Below, in pieces: positions 13,673 to 23,367 of a stretch of DNA of 33,961 nucleotides. The stretch lies in the IMG/VR virus record IMGVR_UViG_3300025769_000044. One strand, written 5' to 3'. The notes under the pieces are model-generated. The model saw only the letters and a list, made by a program, of their open reading frames with translations, made no database searches and had not been told where the DNA came from. A program made the position numbers and the translations under genes. Positions within the stretch are counted from its first letter, which is position 1, and every line of letters begins with the position of its first letter. The DNA is from a virus.

Positions 13673-15294
13673 TGCCTAACAAACCTATACAACCAGTAGC
13701 AATAACATCACCAGGCTTCTTTGGTATTAACACACAAGACTCTGGTGTAACTCTTGACTTGTCATTTACATTAGAAGCAGATAATGCTGTGATTGATAAG
13801 TCTGGTAGAATGGCTGCTAGAAGAGGTTGGGAGTATCAAACAACTGCTGGTGGTACATCTACACTACCAGAGTGTATGGTAGAGTTTGATAATTATACAG
13901 CTACAGGATCACATACTATTATTAGTGGTGGTGATGAAAAGTTGTATAGAGGTGAAACTAGTATGTCTGCTATGCCTGTATATAATACTAACGCTAATGC
14001 AACAATTACATATACCATATCAGATAACAACTGGCAGTTTAAACAAGCAGAGTTTGAAAGCGGTACTAATTTTAGTCCACATATGTATGCAGTGCAAAAA
14101 GGTCATCCTACTTTAGTATACCATAAGTTACCTGTAGGTGGTGGTGGAGGTGGTAGTCATGCACACACAGGAGACTTTGGACTACAAAGACTAGGAGATG
14201 TAGGTAATGTACCTTCTGGATATGCAACAGATACATTTACACCTAATGTAGCACTATCAGCTTTTGGTAGAATGTGGATGGCTAATATAGTAAATGATCC
14301 ATTAACAATATACCACAGTGTATTACTAGACGGTTCAGACTTTAGTGGTTCTGGTTCAGGACAGTTAAATTTAGAGAAAGTTGTACCTGGTGGTGATAAG
14401 ATAACAGCACTGGCTGCACATAATAACTTTCTAGTAATATTCTGTGAACATCACATTGTATTATATCAAAATGCAGATGATGTAAGTAACATATCATTGA
14501 ATGATGTAATCGTAGGCACAGGTTGTATTGCAAGAGACTCTGTACAAGTTATAGGTACTGATTTAGTATTTCTATCTGATAGTGGTCTAAGAAGTCTAGG
14601 TAGAACCATACAAGAGAAGTCAGCACCACTAAGAGACTTGTCAAAGAATGTAAGAGATAACTTTCTTTCTCTTGTAGCAGTAGAGAGCAAAGATGAGATA
14701 AGAAGTATATACTATGAGAAGGAAGCATTTTATTTACTAACTTTACCAGCTTCAGGTTTTACATTTTGTTTTGATGTAAGAGCAACACTACCTGATGGTT
14801 CATACAGAATAACTAGATGGGATAGTATAGACCCATCATCATTAGCGGTAACAAATGATAACAGGTTACTGTTAGGACAACCTAATGGTATAGCACAGTA
14901 TAAAAACTTTACTGATGGTGGTTCTAGTTATGTATTTAGTTATTTATCACCATACTTAGACTTTGGTAATCCTGCTGTAACTAAGATACCTAAAAAGATT
15001 AATGTAACAGTCATAGGTGCTATTAATACTACATTAGCTTTAAAATGGGCTTTTGATTATGAAAACAGTTTTAATAATGCTGATGTACAAACAAAAGAAG
15101 GAAACATTGCTGAGTATGGTACAGCAGAATACAATGTAGCAGAATATTCAGCTTCTGTATTTATTGACAAACTTAGTACACAATTATCAGGAAATGGTAC
15201 TATTTTACAAGTAGGAGTAAACGCATCAATAGATAGTAACCCTCTATCACTACAAAAGATAGATATTTATTCAGTTCTAGGAAGGACTATATAA
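13672..15294 (+). CDS. Putative tail nozzle / tail tubular protein B (540 aa from ATG 13672; the track starts at GTG 13657)
   Basis: TAATG coupling to the adaptor-like gene. Large beta-rich protein in the gp12-equivalent position. Confidence 0.5.
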   Translation: MPNKPIQPVAITSPGFFGINTQDSGVTLDLSFTLEADNAVIDKSGRMAARRGWEYQTTAGGTSTLPECMVEFDNYTATGSHTIISGGDEKLYRGETSMSAMPVYNTNANATITYTISDNNWQFKQAEFESGTNFSPHMYAVQKGHPTLVYHKLPVGGGGGGSHAHTGDFGLQRLGDVGNVPSGYATDTFTPNVALSAFGRMWMANIVNDPLTIYHSVLLDGSDFSGSGSGQLNLEKVVPGGDKITALAAHNNFLVIFCEHHIVLYQNADDVSNISLNDVIVGTGCIARDSVQVIGTDLVFLSDSGLRSLGRTIQEKSAPLRDLSKNVRDNFLSLVAVESKDEIRSIYYEKEAFYLLTLPASGFTFCFDVRATLPDGSYRITRWDSIDPSSLAVTNDNRLLLGQPNGIAQYKNFTDGGSSYVFSYLSPYLDFGNPAVTKIPKKINVTVIGAINTTLALKWAFDYENSFNNADVQTKEGNIAEYGTAEYNVAEYSASVFIDKLSTQLSGNGTILQVGVNASIDSNPLSLQKIDIYSVLGRTI

Positions 15295-15530
15295 TGAGTA
15301 ATTATTCAAAAACAACTAACTTCGCAGCAAAGGATACGTTAAACAGTGGAGATCCAAACAAAATCGTTAAAGGAACAGAGATTAATACTGAATTTGATAA
15401 TATTGCTACAGCAGTTACGACGAAAGCTGATAGTGCCTCCCCAGCGGTGACAGGCACAGCAACCATTACAAATGTTGTACTATCAGGTACATTATCTGGT
15501 GGTTCAATAGAGGGAGGGTCATACTCATGA
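15294..15530 (+). CDS. Small fibre-like module protein (78 aa)
   Basis: TNFAAKDTLNSGDPNKIVKGTEINTEFDNIATAV is a typical fibre N-terminal motif. The C-terminus IEGGSYS matches the C-terminus of the 9232..9780 product. Confidence 0.55.
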   Translation: MSNYSKTTNFAAKDTLNSGDPNKIVKGTEINTEFDNIATAVTTKADSASPAVTGTATITNVVLSGTLSGGSIEGGSYS

Positions 15531-17926
15531 GTATCCTAGATGCTTACAAAATGTTTCAAGAACAGCAACTTGCACAAGGCATAGACCCTTCTGTTGCTCC
15601 TAGATTAACACAACAAGAACAAAATGCAATGAGGTTAGCTGCTACGTCTCCAGAACCCACCACAGCCTCCCAATCGCCCTCTGAAGACGTTAGTAGCACT
15701 GGTATGCTTACAGAGACAAGAGAGCGGTCACAGGCTCGTGAGAGCGTTACAGACGATACTACGTCTTATGAACAAAGAGTTAATAATCTTAGAGATGAAT
15801 TTAAAGCACAATATAATGTATTAGAAGCAAGAGGATTTGATTATGTAAATCCTAGTGATTTAGACTATATTATAGAAGAACAAGCTAAAGAGTTTGCTAA
15901 AGCTGGTGTAGATAGTATATATGACTTAGGTAAAAGAAGTGTAGATACAACTAGACAAAATGTAGAAGTAGAAAGAATTGCTGATCCTAATACTGGTAAT
16001 TTTAAATATTATTACAGTGAAGAACCTACTACCGCAATGGGAGTTGGTAAAAGAATAGAAGTACAACCTAGCACTGTTAAGGAAGTAGACACAGGTAGAT
16101 CTTTAGGTCAAGGAGCTACAGAAAAGATGTATATAGCAACTCTACCTAGTTCTATGGATGAGTTGTTCAATAAGAAAACAGGAGAAACAGTAGACGTATT
16201 TGCAGGTGGTGGCACATTACGCAGTGGAGGTGAAGAGTCTACATCCTTTGGTAATTTGTATACAGGTATAGAAGGTGGTGCAGACTTAAATGTTAAGTTT
16301 GTTGGAGACCAACCTATTTTCTATCCTTTGTATCAAGATACCTCTGATAAAAATTTAGTAACATTTGCTACAATAGCTACTACTTTAGCAGGAGGTGCTT
16401 ATGCCCCTGAAATAGGAAGTTTTATTACTGGTGGTAACGCAACTGGAACAGCAGCTACTGCTATAGGTAATGCTGTGGTAGCAGGAAGCACTAGTTTAGC
16501 ACTAGGAAGAGATCTAGAAGATTCTTTACTTGCTGCCATTATGGCTTATGGTGTAACCTATGGTGTAGATGCTTTACAATCAGGTAAGTTTGGTGATTAT
16601 TTAGTTGATAATAATATACTAGAAGCAGACACAGTAGACAGTTTAGGTATAAATAGAGGTAATTCTTTATCAGGACTAGGTGAAGGAGTTACTACTGATC
16701 TTTTATCAAGAACTGAAGAAATATATCCTGCACCTGGCGGTTTTACACAAGTAGCTGATGCTGTTCCTTCTTTTGTAGAGCCACAGTTTGGTAGTCTAGG
16801 TGATTCTTTATCAGGAATAGGTGAAGGAGTTACTACTGGATTAGGTGTTCCATCATTAGATCAATCAAAAACATTTGCTGATTTAACTAGTGATTTACCT
16901 TTATTAACTGGCGGAGAAGTAGGTATTGATGCTACTACTGGTGGTTTAACTATTACTGATGCAAATAGTGCTACAAAAGCAGTAGATGATATTATAAAAG
17001 CAGCAGGTGCAGGTGTTGTAGGAAAAGAAGCATTAGAAGAGGTAGTAGAAGAAGCTAGTAAATTTATTGACTTAAAAGAAGTGTTTGGTGAAGATGTAGG
17101 TGGTTTTCTGGAAGGAGCAGTAGGAACTGGTATAGACTTTGCTAAACTAGAAGAAATAAGAAAAAGACTAGAAGGTAGAGGTGAAGACATAGCAGGAGAG
17201 TTTGCTGATTTATTTAAACCTTATACAGTTAGAAGCGGTTTAGGAGTAAGTGAGATAACTCCTGAAGGAGCTACTTCTACTGCTGATGTAGCATATCAAC
17301 CACTAAGAGAGAGTTACTTAGAGAGTGCTACACAGTTAGCAGGACAGATACCAAGCACTAGAGAAGAAGCTGCACAGTCTTTGTTTGCTGATATATCAAG
17401 ACTATCAGAACCACAAAGAGCAAGAGAACAAGAAAGATTGTTAGGTACACTAGCACAGAGAGGTTTGCTAGGTTATGGTCAGACTATGCCAACTGTAGGT
17501 GGTGAACGTAGAGTTAGTCCATTAGCTGAGTCACTCTTTGCTGCACAAGAAGCAGGTAGAGCAAAAGAGTCACTAGCAGCTACGCAGTTTGGAACAACAG
17601 AAGCAGACAGACTTGCACAACTTAGTGGCAGACTTACAGGTGCTGCACAATCTATAGATAAGTTACCATTAGATCAATTAGCAACAGCACAAAATATAGC
17701 TTATACGTTAGGACAAGTACCAGCTAGAGAAGGTTTAAGAACTAAATCGCAGTTTGAACAACTAGGAGCGCAAGCAGAGATTGCAGGTTTAACAGAGTTG
17801 GGAGACTTTGGTAAAGGTTTATTTGGTTTAGAAACTGACCCTGGTAATGTCCCTATTAGCGGAGAAAGAAAGTATAGTGCAGAAGAAGTTAGAAAAATTT
17901 TAGAAGCAGTAGGAATAACTGGATAA
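15527..17926 (+). CDS. Internal virion / ejection protein candidate (799 aa)
   Basis: Large ORF after the tail-tube genes (T7 gp14-16 position). Gly/Ala-rich hydrophobic segment ATIATTLAGGAYAPEIGSFITGGNATGTAATAIGNAVVAGS. Contains an internal 47-aa repeat. Confidence 0.5.
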   Translation: MSILDAYKMFQEQQLAQGIDPSVAPRLTQQEQNAMRLAATSPEPTTASQSPSEDVSSTGMLTETRERSQARESVTDDTTSYEQRVNNLRDEFKAQYNVLEARGFDYVNPSDLDYIIEEQAKEFAKAGVDSIYDLGKRSVDTTRQNVEVERIADPNTGNFKYYYSEEPTTAMGVGKRIEVQPSTVKEVDTGRSLGQGATEKMYIATLPSSMDELFNKKTGETVDVFAGGGTLRSGGEESTSFGNLYTGIEGGADLNVKFVGDQPIFYPLYQDTSDKNLVTFATIATTLAGGAYAPEIGSFITGGNATGTAATAIGNAVVAGSTSLALGRDLEDSLLAAIMAYGVTYGVDALQSGKFGDYLVDNNILEADTVDSLGINRGNSLSGLGEGVTTDLLSRTEEIYPAPGGFTQVADAVPSFVEPQFGSLGDSLSGIGEGVTTGLGVPSLDQSKTFADLTSDLPLLTGGEVGIDATTGGLTITDANSATKAVDDIIKAAGAGVVGKEALEEVVEEASKFIDLKEVFGEDVGGFLEGAVGTGIDFAKLEEIRKRLEGRGEDIAGEFADLFKPYTVRSGLGVSEITPEGATSTADVAYQPLRESYLESATQLAGQIPSTREEAAQSLFADISRLSEPQRAREQERLLGTLAQRGLLGYGQTMPTVGGERRVSPLAESLFAAQEAGRAKESLAATQFGTTEADRLAQLSGRLTGAAQSIDKLPLDQLATAQNIAYTLGQVPAREGLRTKSQFEQLGAQAEIAGLTELGDFGKGLFGLETDPGNVPISGERKYSAEEVRKILEAVGITG
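16662..16838 (+). repeat. Intragenic direct repeat: two 36-nt copies 141 nt apart
   Basis: attctttatcagga[c/a]taggtgaaggagttactactg at 16662-16697 and 16803-16838, identical at 35 of 36 positions. It encodes SLSG[LI]GEGVTT. Confidence 0.9.
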
Positions 17927-17938
17927 AGGATAAAAGAT

Positions 17939-19132
17939 ATGATGGATGTAATGAAAGGATTATTTGCTAGTGATAGACCTACTGGTGCAACAGTCAGAAG
18001 AAGAACACCTGCTGTAAGGCAAAGTAGTCCTATAGGTGCTATTAGCGGTATGATAGAAGAAGCCAGAGGTGATCTATCTAGTAGCATTAGAGGTTTGTTT
18101 GGACAACAAACACCAGAAGAAGCACAAGCACAAGAGTTGCAAGAGATAAAAACAGCTTATACAGATGCTGTATTAGGTGTTGGTGACCCTAATACACCAG
18201 AGGGATTAAAAGAGGTAGCTAGAAAATTAAATAATAATCCTAACCCTAATATACAGATGGTAGGAGTAAGACTAAACCAACAAGCTGCTATACTAGAAGA
18301 AAAACGAAAAGTAGCTCAGAGAACGGCTAGAAAAGAAGAATTAAATATTGACAAATTAGAAAAAGAAATAGACACAATAGGCATACCGACACCAAACGTA
18401 TTATCAGATTCAGATATGTTAATTGCACAAGAATTAGGAATACCTACTAAGGATAAGTTTGATAATCCTAGAGACATCACTAGCTATACACAAGAAGAAT
18501 CAAGGGCTATATTGAAAAAGAAAGAAGAGCGACAGACAAGTATAGCAAAAGCTGCGTCTGGTAAATTTAATGACATAACAATGAAAGAAGTAGTTAATTT
18601 TAAAAAATCTTTTGGTTTAGACTTTGAAGGTGATGCAGTTAGTAGCCTAGAGTCAATAAATCAAATTGAAAGTTTTTTACAAAACGCTCCTGCATCAGGT
18701 TTAGGGGGCACTATAATTCCTCAGTTACAAAGAGCTTTTATTAAACTGGCAGAAGGTTCTTCAGCAAGAGTGTCTGATAAAGACGTAGAAAACATTTTAG
18801 GAGTAGAAAATTTTGTTGATACACAAGTAAGTTCGTTAGAAAAATTTATAGGTGGTAAGCTATCAAGTAAAAAAATACAGTCTTTAAAAGAACTTACTGA
18901 GCTTTATAAAAAACAGGCTATTAAAAGTTATAATAGAAGAGTAAAAGTAGCTAAAGAAGATGTAAATAGAGTAGCTTTTAATAAGAATAAAAAAGATTCT
19001 TTAATTAATAGTATTCCTCCTGTTGAATTTTATTTAAAAAGTCCTACAGAGTCAACTCCAGTAGAACAAACAGAAGTAATATTAAAAGAAATAGAAGGTG
19101 TTGGTACAGTAAGAATAAAAAAATTCAAATAA
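17939..19132 (+). CDS. Internal virion / ejection protein candidate (397 aa)
   Basis: AAGGA RBS. The call rests on position only. Confidence 0.45.
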   Translation: MMDVMKGLFASDRPTGATVRRRTPAVRQSSPIGAISGMIEEARGDLSSSIRGLFGQQTPEEAQAQELQEIKTAYTDAVLGVGDPNTPEGLKEVARKLNNNPNPNIQMVGVRLNQQAAILEEKRKVAQRTARKEELNIDKLEKEIDTIGIPTPNVLSDSDMLIAQELGIPTKDKFDNPRDITSYTQEESRAILKKKEERQTSIAKAASGKFNDITMKEVVNFKKSFGLDFEGDAVSSLESINQIESFLQNAPASGLGGTIIPQLQRAFIKLAEGSSARVSDKDVENILGVENFVDTQVSSLEKFIGGKLSSKKIQSLKELTELYKKQAIKSYNRRVKVAKEDVNRVAFNKNKKDSLINSIPPVEFYLKSPTESTPVEQTEVILKEIEGVGTVRIKKFK

Positions 19133-19141
19133 GGAATAGTA

Positions 19142-21838
19142 ATGGCTTCTTATGAATATGAAGTAGGAGATTATATATTTGAGTCAGAAAAAGAATTAAC
19201 TGACGATCAAATTAAAAATGTAATTCAAGATTTAAAAAAACCTGATATAGCACCACAATTGCAACAAATATCAGATGATATTGCATCAGAAAAAATGGGC
19301 AGATTAGAATATATAAAAGAGAAAGCAAAGCAAGGTTCTGTCAATACTATTATTTTAAGTGAAGCATTATTAGATACTTTTGTTGTAGACCCTATTAAGA
19401 AAATAGGTAAAGAGTATTTTGATATTGGTGAAGGAGCGTCTGGCGGTGTAGGTGAGAGATTTTCAAGAAATATTGAAAGACTACAAGGAGTAGCTACTGA
19501 TGTTATAGGAACTAAGTATGACATTAAAGCACCAGACTTTGCAACTAAAATGGTAGGAACAGGAGTAGAATTTTTTACTGACCCTGTTGGTTTATTTACA
19601 GGATTAAAGTCAGTATCTACCGCAGGAAAAACTTTAGAGGCTGGTCGTAGAGCAGTGGGTTTATTTGGTATTGGTGCTGTATCTGAAGCAACTGGTGAAA
19701 TAGGAGACCAAATAGAAAAAGCCATAACTGAAGAAGAAAAAACTACTGGAATTGGTAGAACTATAGGTTCATTTGCTACTATAGTTGCTGGTACTGGTAC
19801 TCAAGCAGCACTTGAACCAGGTGTTTCCACAGTAAGTCAAGTATTTAAAAAATATAAAGCTGTAAAAGAAGACCCTGATTCTGTGTCTAAAGCCTATGCA
19901 ACAGGAGCAGCTAAAAATTTAATTGAATTAATATCTAAAGAAGAAGGCGTAGATCAATTAGAAAAAGTAGTAAAAAACTTTAATACTATTAGTAAAGAAT
20001 TAGATGTAAAACAACTACCTTTAATGGTAACAATGTCAGACAGCCCTGTTGTTCAATCAACTGCTAGAAATTTAGCTAAAACTAATCCTGATTTTAGAAC
20101 TAGAGTTAAAAAAGAATATGAACAACTAGCAACAGAGTTAGATAAAAATGCTGAAAAGATATTTGGTAAAAGATATGTGCCTACGCAACCTGTATTAAGA
20201 AAAGATATAGAAAAAGATTTAAATAACCTGTCTAATAAAAGGCAAGTTATAGATGAAAAATTAGATGATTTATCAGATAAATTTGACGTATTACCTTCTT
20301 CAGTAACAAAACAAAAAATAGGACAAGCTGCTTCAAACTTAGTTGCTGCTAGAGATTCTATTGCTAGGTCGGAAAGAGGTAAAGTATATGAAGCAATAAA
20401 ACAAGAAGCAAGACAAGCTGGTGCTATTTTACCTAAACAAAGTGTAGAAAGAATATTTAACTTTGTTAGAGAAAATAATATTAGAGACATATTTGGTAAA
20501 GGAACTACTACTGAAAGAAAAATAATGAGTTACCTTTCTCCAAAAGAAAATAAAGAAGGTAATTTAGTATTTAAAGAAATGTCTTTTGATAATGTAGATT
20601 CTTTAAAAAGAGCTATCAATGAAGAGCAAAGAAAAAACTTACCTAGTGATCAAATGAGAAGATTAGGACAGCTTCAAGAAGTATTTAAAGAAGAACGATC
20701 AAAAATACCTGGTAACTTTAATCAAAGATTGATAGATATTGATAAAGAATATTATGAAAAAGTAGGAGTGCCTTTTTCTGCTGAAGGTATAAAAGAAATT
20801 AATGCTACTAAATATGCTGAACAAGTAGCTCCTGTGATTATAAAGAATAGAACAGCATTAGAAGATTTTTATAGAGTCATGGAAGGTGGGTCTAGGCAAC
20901 AAGCTGAACAACTTGTTAGAAATTCTATTTACTCAGAAGCACATAAAAAAGCTATGAAACCAGAAGGTTTAGATTATAAACAATTAAATAAATATTTACT
21001 TAATAAAAAAGAAGTACTAGACCTTGTTCCTAATGTTAAAAAAGAATTAGAAGATGTTGTAAATGTAGAAGCTACTTTGAGATTAGAAAGAGCAAACATA
21101 GAACAACAGTTAAAAGATAAACAAAAAGAAATAGCTGGTAATTACTTATTAAATAATCAATTTAAAACAAAAGAAGGAGATGTAGTAATAAATTATGATT
21201 CTTTAGGAAATAATATTTTAGAAGATAAAGCTAACTTAATTCAATTTATGAAACAAATTGATATGGTTGATGATAAAACTAAAGAGTCTATACTAAAATC
21301 AATAAGAGCAAGTATTGTTAATACAGCTAGAAATTCTAAAGAAGGAATGGAGCTTTTAACAAACCCTAAGTATACAACTCAAATACAAACTATTTTTGGT
21401 AAAAAATATAAAGACGATTTAAGACGTTTTATGACTTTATCTGATGCTATTAACAAAGGAAATACAGTACAACTAACTGCAAAAGTAGATAAGTCTGATT
21501 TAGATGCAATAGGTAGAATAGTTCCTGGTTTAGATATTCCTTATGTTACCTCTGCTTTGCGAGATAGAATAAGTAGTAATTTTCAAAAATTTGTAAGAAT
21601 AGCTAGTAGGGTAAATGTAAGACAATTTAGAGATGCTACAGATAAACAACTAGCAGATTTGTTAGCAGACCCAAAAGAACTAGAAAAAGTTATAAATACA
21701 GCAAGAACATTTAATTTTAAACTAGATAGTAAAGAAGCTGTTTTATCTGTATTTGAAAAATTTAAAGAAGTACTACCTATTTATTTCTATGCAGGAACTA
21801 AGGAAGCTATATTTGATAGAGTTGAAGAGCAACAATGA
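19142..21838 (+). CDS. Internal virion / ejection protein candidate (898 aa)
   Basis: The largest ORF, in the gp16-equivalent position. Very Lys/Glu/Asn-rich and visibly more AT-rich than its neighbours. I recognised no lytic-transglycosylase motif. Confidence 0.45.
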   Translation: MASYEYEVGDYIFESEKELTDDQIKNVIQDLKKPDIAPQLQQISDDIASEKMGRLEYIKEKAKQGSVNTIILSEALLDTFVVDPIKKIGKEYFDIGEGASGGVGERFSRNIERLQGVATDVIGTKYDIKAPDFATKMVGTGVEFFTDPVGLFTGLKSVSTAGKTLEAGRRAVGLFGIGAVSEATGEIGDQIEKAITEEEKTTGIGRTIGSFATIVAGTGTQAALEPGVSTVSQVFKKYKAVKEDPDSVSKAYATGAAKNLIELISKEEGVDQLEKVVKNFNTISKELDVKQLPLMVTMSDSPVVQSTARNLAKTNPDFRTRVKKEYEQLATELDKNAEKIFGKRYVPTQPVLRKDIEKDLNNLSNKRQVIDEKLDDLSDKFDVLPSSVTKQKIGQAASNLVAARDSIARSERGKVYEAIKQEARQAGAILPKQSVERIFNFVRENNIRDIFGKGTTTERKIMSYLSPKENKEGNLVFKEMSFDNVDSLKRAINEEQRKNLPSDQMRRLGQLQEVFKEERSKIPGNFNQRLIDIDKEYYEKVGVPFSAEGIKEINATKYAEQVAPVIIKNRTALEDFYRVMEGGSRQQAEQLVRNSIYSEAHKKAMKPEGLDYKQLNKYLLNKKEVLDLVPNVKKELEDVVNVEATLRLERANIEQQLKDKQKEIAGNYLLNNQFKTKEGDVVINYDSLGNNILEDKANLIQFMKQIDMVDDKTKESILKSIRASIVNTARNSKEGMELLTNPKYTTQIQTIFGKKYKDDLRRFMTLSDAINKGNTVQLTAKVDKSDLDAIGRIVPGLDIPYVTSALRDRISSNFQKFVRIASRVNVRQFRDATDKQLADLLADPKELEKVINTARTFNFKLDSKEAVLSVFEKFKEVLPIYFYAGTKEAIFDRVEEQQ

Positions 21839-22332
21839 TCGACCCAATCACAGCTTTAGCTACAGCAAATGCAGTATTTCAAGGTATTAAGACAGCAGTA
21901 AACTATGGTAAAGAAGCTCAAGAGGTGTTCTCACAGCTAGGTAAGTGGGCTTCTGCGGTAGAAGATGTAAAGTTCTGTTTAACACAAGAAGAAAGTAAAC
22001 CATCTATATTCAAGAAGATTACTTACACTAAGTCAAGCACAGCAGAAGCATTTGATGAACTTGCTGCAAGACAAAGAATTAAAGAGATGGAGAAGGAACT
22101 AAAGCATATGTTCTACTGGGGTTCATTGCACCATCTTGGTGCAGATGGTTATAAACAGCTAATACAGATTAGAAGGTCAATTCAACGCAAACGTGAAGCA
22201 CAAGTATACCAACAAATACGCAAACGTAAAGAACTCATTTACAATTCCACTATGTTATCTATTATAGCTGTTCTGCTTATGGCTGGATGGTGGATGGTGC
22301 AGTTCTTAATTGACTCAATAAAAGGAGTATAA
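21835..22332 (+). CDS. Tail-anchored membrane protein (165 aa), lysis- or ejection-associated by position
   Basis: Single C-terminal TM helix MLSIIAVLLMAGWWMVQFLI. ATGA overlap with the upstream ORF. Confidence 0.5.
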   Translation: MIDPITALATANAVFQGIKTAVNYGKEAQEVFSQLGKWASAVEDVKFCLTQEESKPSIFKKITYTKSSTAEAFDELAARQRIKEMEKELKHMFYWGSLHHLGADGYKQLIQIRRSIQRKREAQVYQQIRKRKELIYNSTMLSIIAVLLMAGWWMVQFLIDSIKGV

Positions 22333-22523
22333 TGATAGAAATACTACTATCTACTATGTTAGTAACTATAATACCACAAAGAGAACAATACTACTGTAGG
22401 CTACAACGAATGGAAAGAGGATTGTGTATCTATTGGTGTGCTAATGAGTATAAAGGGTTTAACTGGTTTGAAGTAGAGACTGAGAATGGCTGTAAAATAA
22501 AGAAGAAATATTATACAACATAA
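22332..22523 (+). CDS. Small Cys-containing protein (63 aa) with a hydrophobic N-terminus
   Basis: MIEILLSTMLVTIIP... followed by 4 Cys. TAATG coupling. No clear lipobox. Confidence 0.45.
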   Translation: MIEILLSTMLVTIIPQREQYYCRLQRMERGLCIYWCANEYKGFNWFEVETENGCKIKKKYYTT

Positions 22524-22532
22524 GGAGAATAG

Positions 22533-22976
22533 ATGTTACAACTACTTACTGGTCTGCTTCCTGTAGCAGAAAAAGTTTTAGATAGGGTTATACCTGACCC
22601 TACTGCTCGTGCTAAAGCTATGAAAGAACTTAGAGATATGGAGCAAAAAGGTGAACTAGCTAAGTTAGAATCAGAGATGCAAGATAAACAGTCTGCTCGC
22701 GAAAGAGAGATGAAGATAGCAAACAGTGAGTTTGCCCCAATGCTAAACAAGATTGTTACTCCTATACTAGCACTAGGCACAGTAATACTAGCGTTTGGTT
22801 TATTTCTTGTAATTATATTTGTAGAAGTAGATCCACAGTCTAAAGATATATTGATATATGTACTAGGTACGTTATCATCAGCAGTAACTATGGTATTAGG
22901 ATACTACTTTGGTAGTAGTCTTAGTAGCAAAGATAAAACAAAAGAACTAACAGATTTAATGGACAAAAAGGACTAA
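22533..22976 (+). CDS. Holin, 3-TM GTA-holin-like (147 aa)
   Basis: The N-terminal amphipathic region LLPVAEKVLDRVIPDPTARAKAMKELRDMEQKGELAKLE followed by hydrophobic helices ending YYFGSS resembles the GTA_holin_3TM family. It lies directly upstream of the endolysin. Confidence 0.6.
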   Translation: MLQLLTGLLPVAEKVLDRVIPDPTARAKAMKELRDMEQKGELAKLESEMQDKQSAREREMKIANSEFAPMLNKIVTPILALGTVILAFGLFLVIIFVEVDPQSKDILIYVLGTLSSAVTMVLGYYFGSSLSSKDKTKELTDLMDKKD

Positions 22977-22977
22977 T

Positions 22978-23367
22978 ATGAAAAAGTATATTATAGACTG
23001 GGGTAAGTATTTTAGTGAAAATGAGTTTAAGTGTAGTGCTACTGGTGAGTGTAACATGGATCAAGAGTTTATCAATAAGATGAACCAACTAAGAGAATAC
23101 TATGGTCAACCTATGGTGATTACAAGTGGATACAGAGCAAGAACACACCCTATAGAACTAAAGAAGAAGACTCCAGGTGTTCACCATGATGGTTTAGCTG
23201 CTGATGTAAAGGTAAGTAGAGGTGACGCTTACCAGCTTATGTCACTAGCTTTTGAGCTTGGTTTTACTGGCATAGGAGTGCAACAGAAAGGCAGTGGTAG
23301 GTTCATTCACTTAGATACATCTGAACACTCTACTTTTAGACCTAGACCTACTGTATGGTCGTACTAA
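22978..23367 (+). CDS. Endolysin, peptidase M15-type zinc D-Ala-D-Ala carboxypeptidase family (129 aa)
   Basis: ITSGYRARTHPIE...GVHHDGLAADV...RFIHLD gives the H/D/H zinc-ligand pattern of M15A/M15_3 peptidases. Confidence 0.8.
   Translation: MKKYIIDWGKYFSENEFKCSATGECNMDQEFINKMNQLREYYGQPMVITSGYRARTHPIELKKKTPGVHHDGLAADVKVSRGDAYQLMSLAFELGFTGIGVQQKGSGRFIHLDTSEHSTFRPRPTVWSY

Noticed and set aside
16861-20490. Minus-strand ORFs of 109-166 aa (16861..17190, 17701..18087, 19225..19725, 20053..20490)
   Set aside because: All are antisense to the large ejection-protein ORFs on the + strand, Ser/Pro/Leu-rich, without RBSs, and opposed to the uniform transcription direction of this arm.
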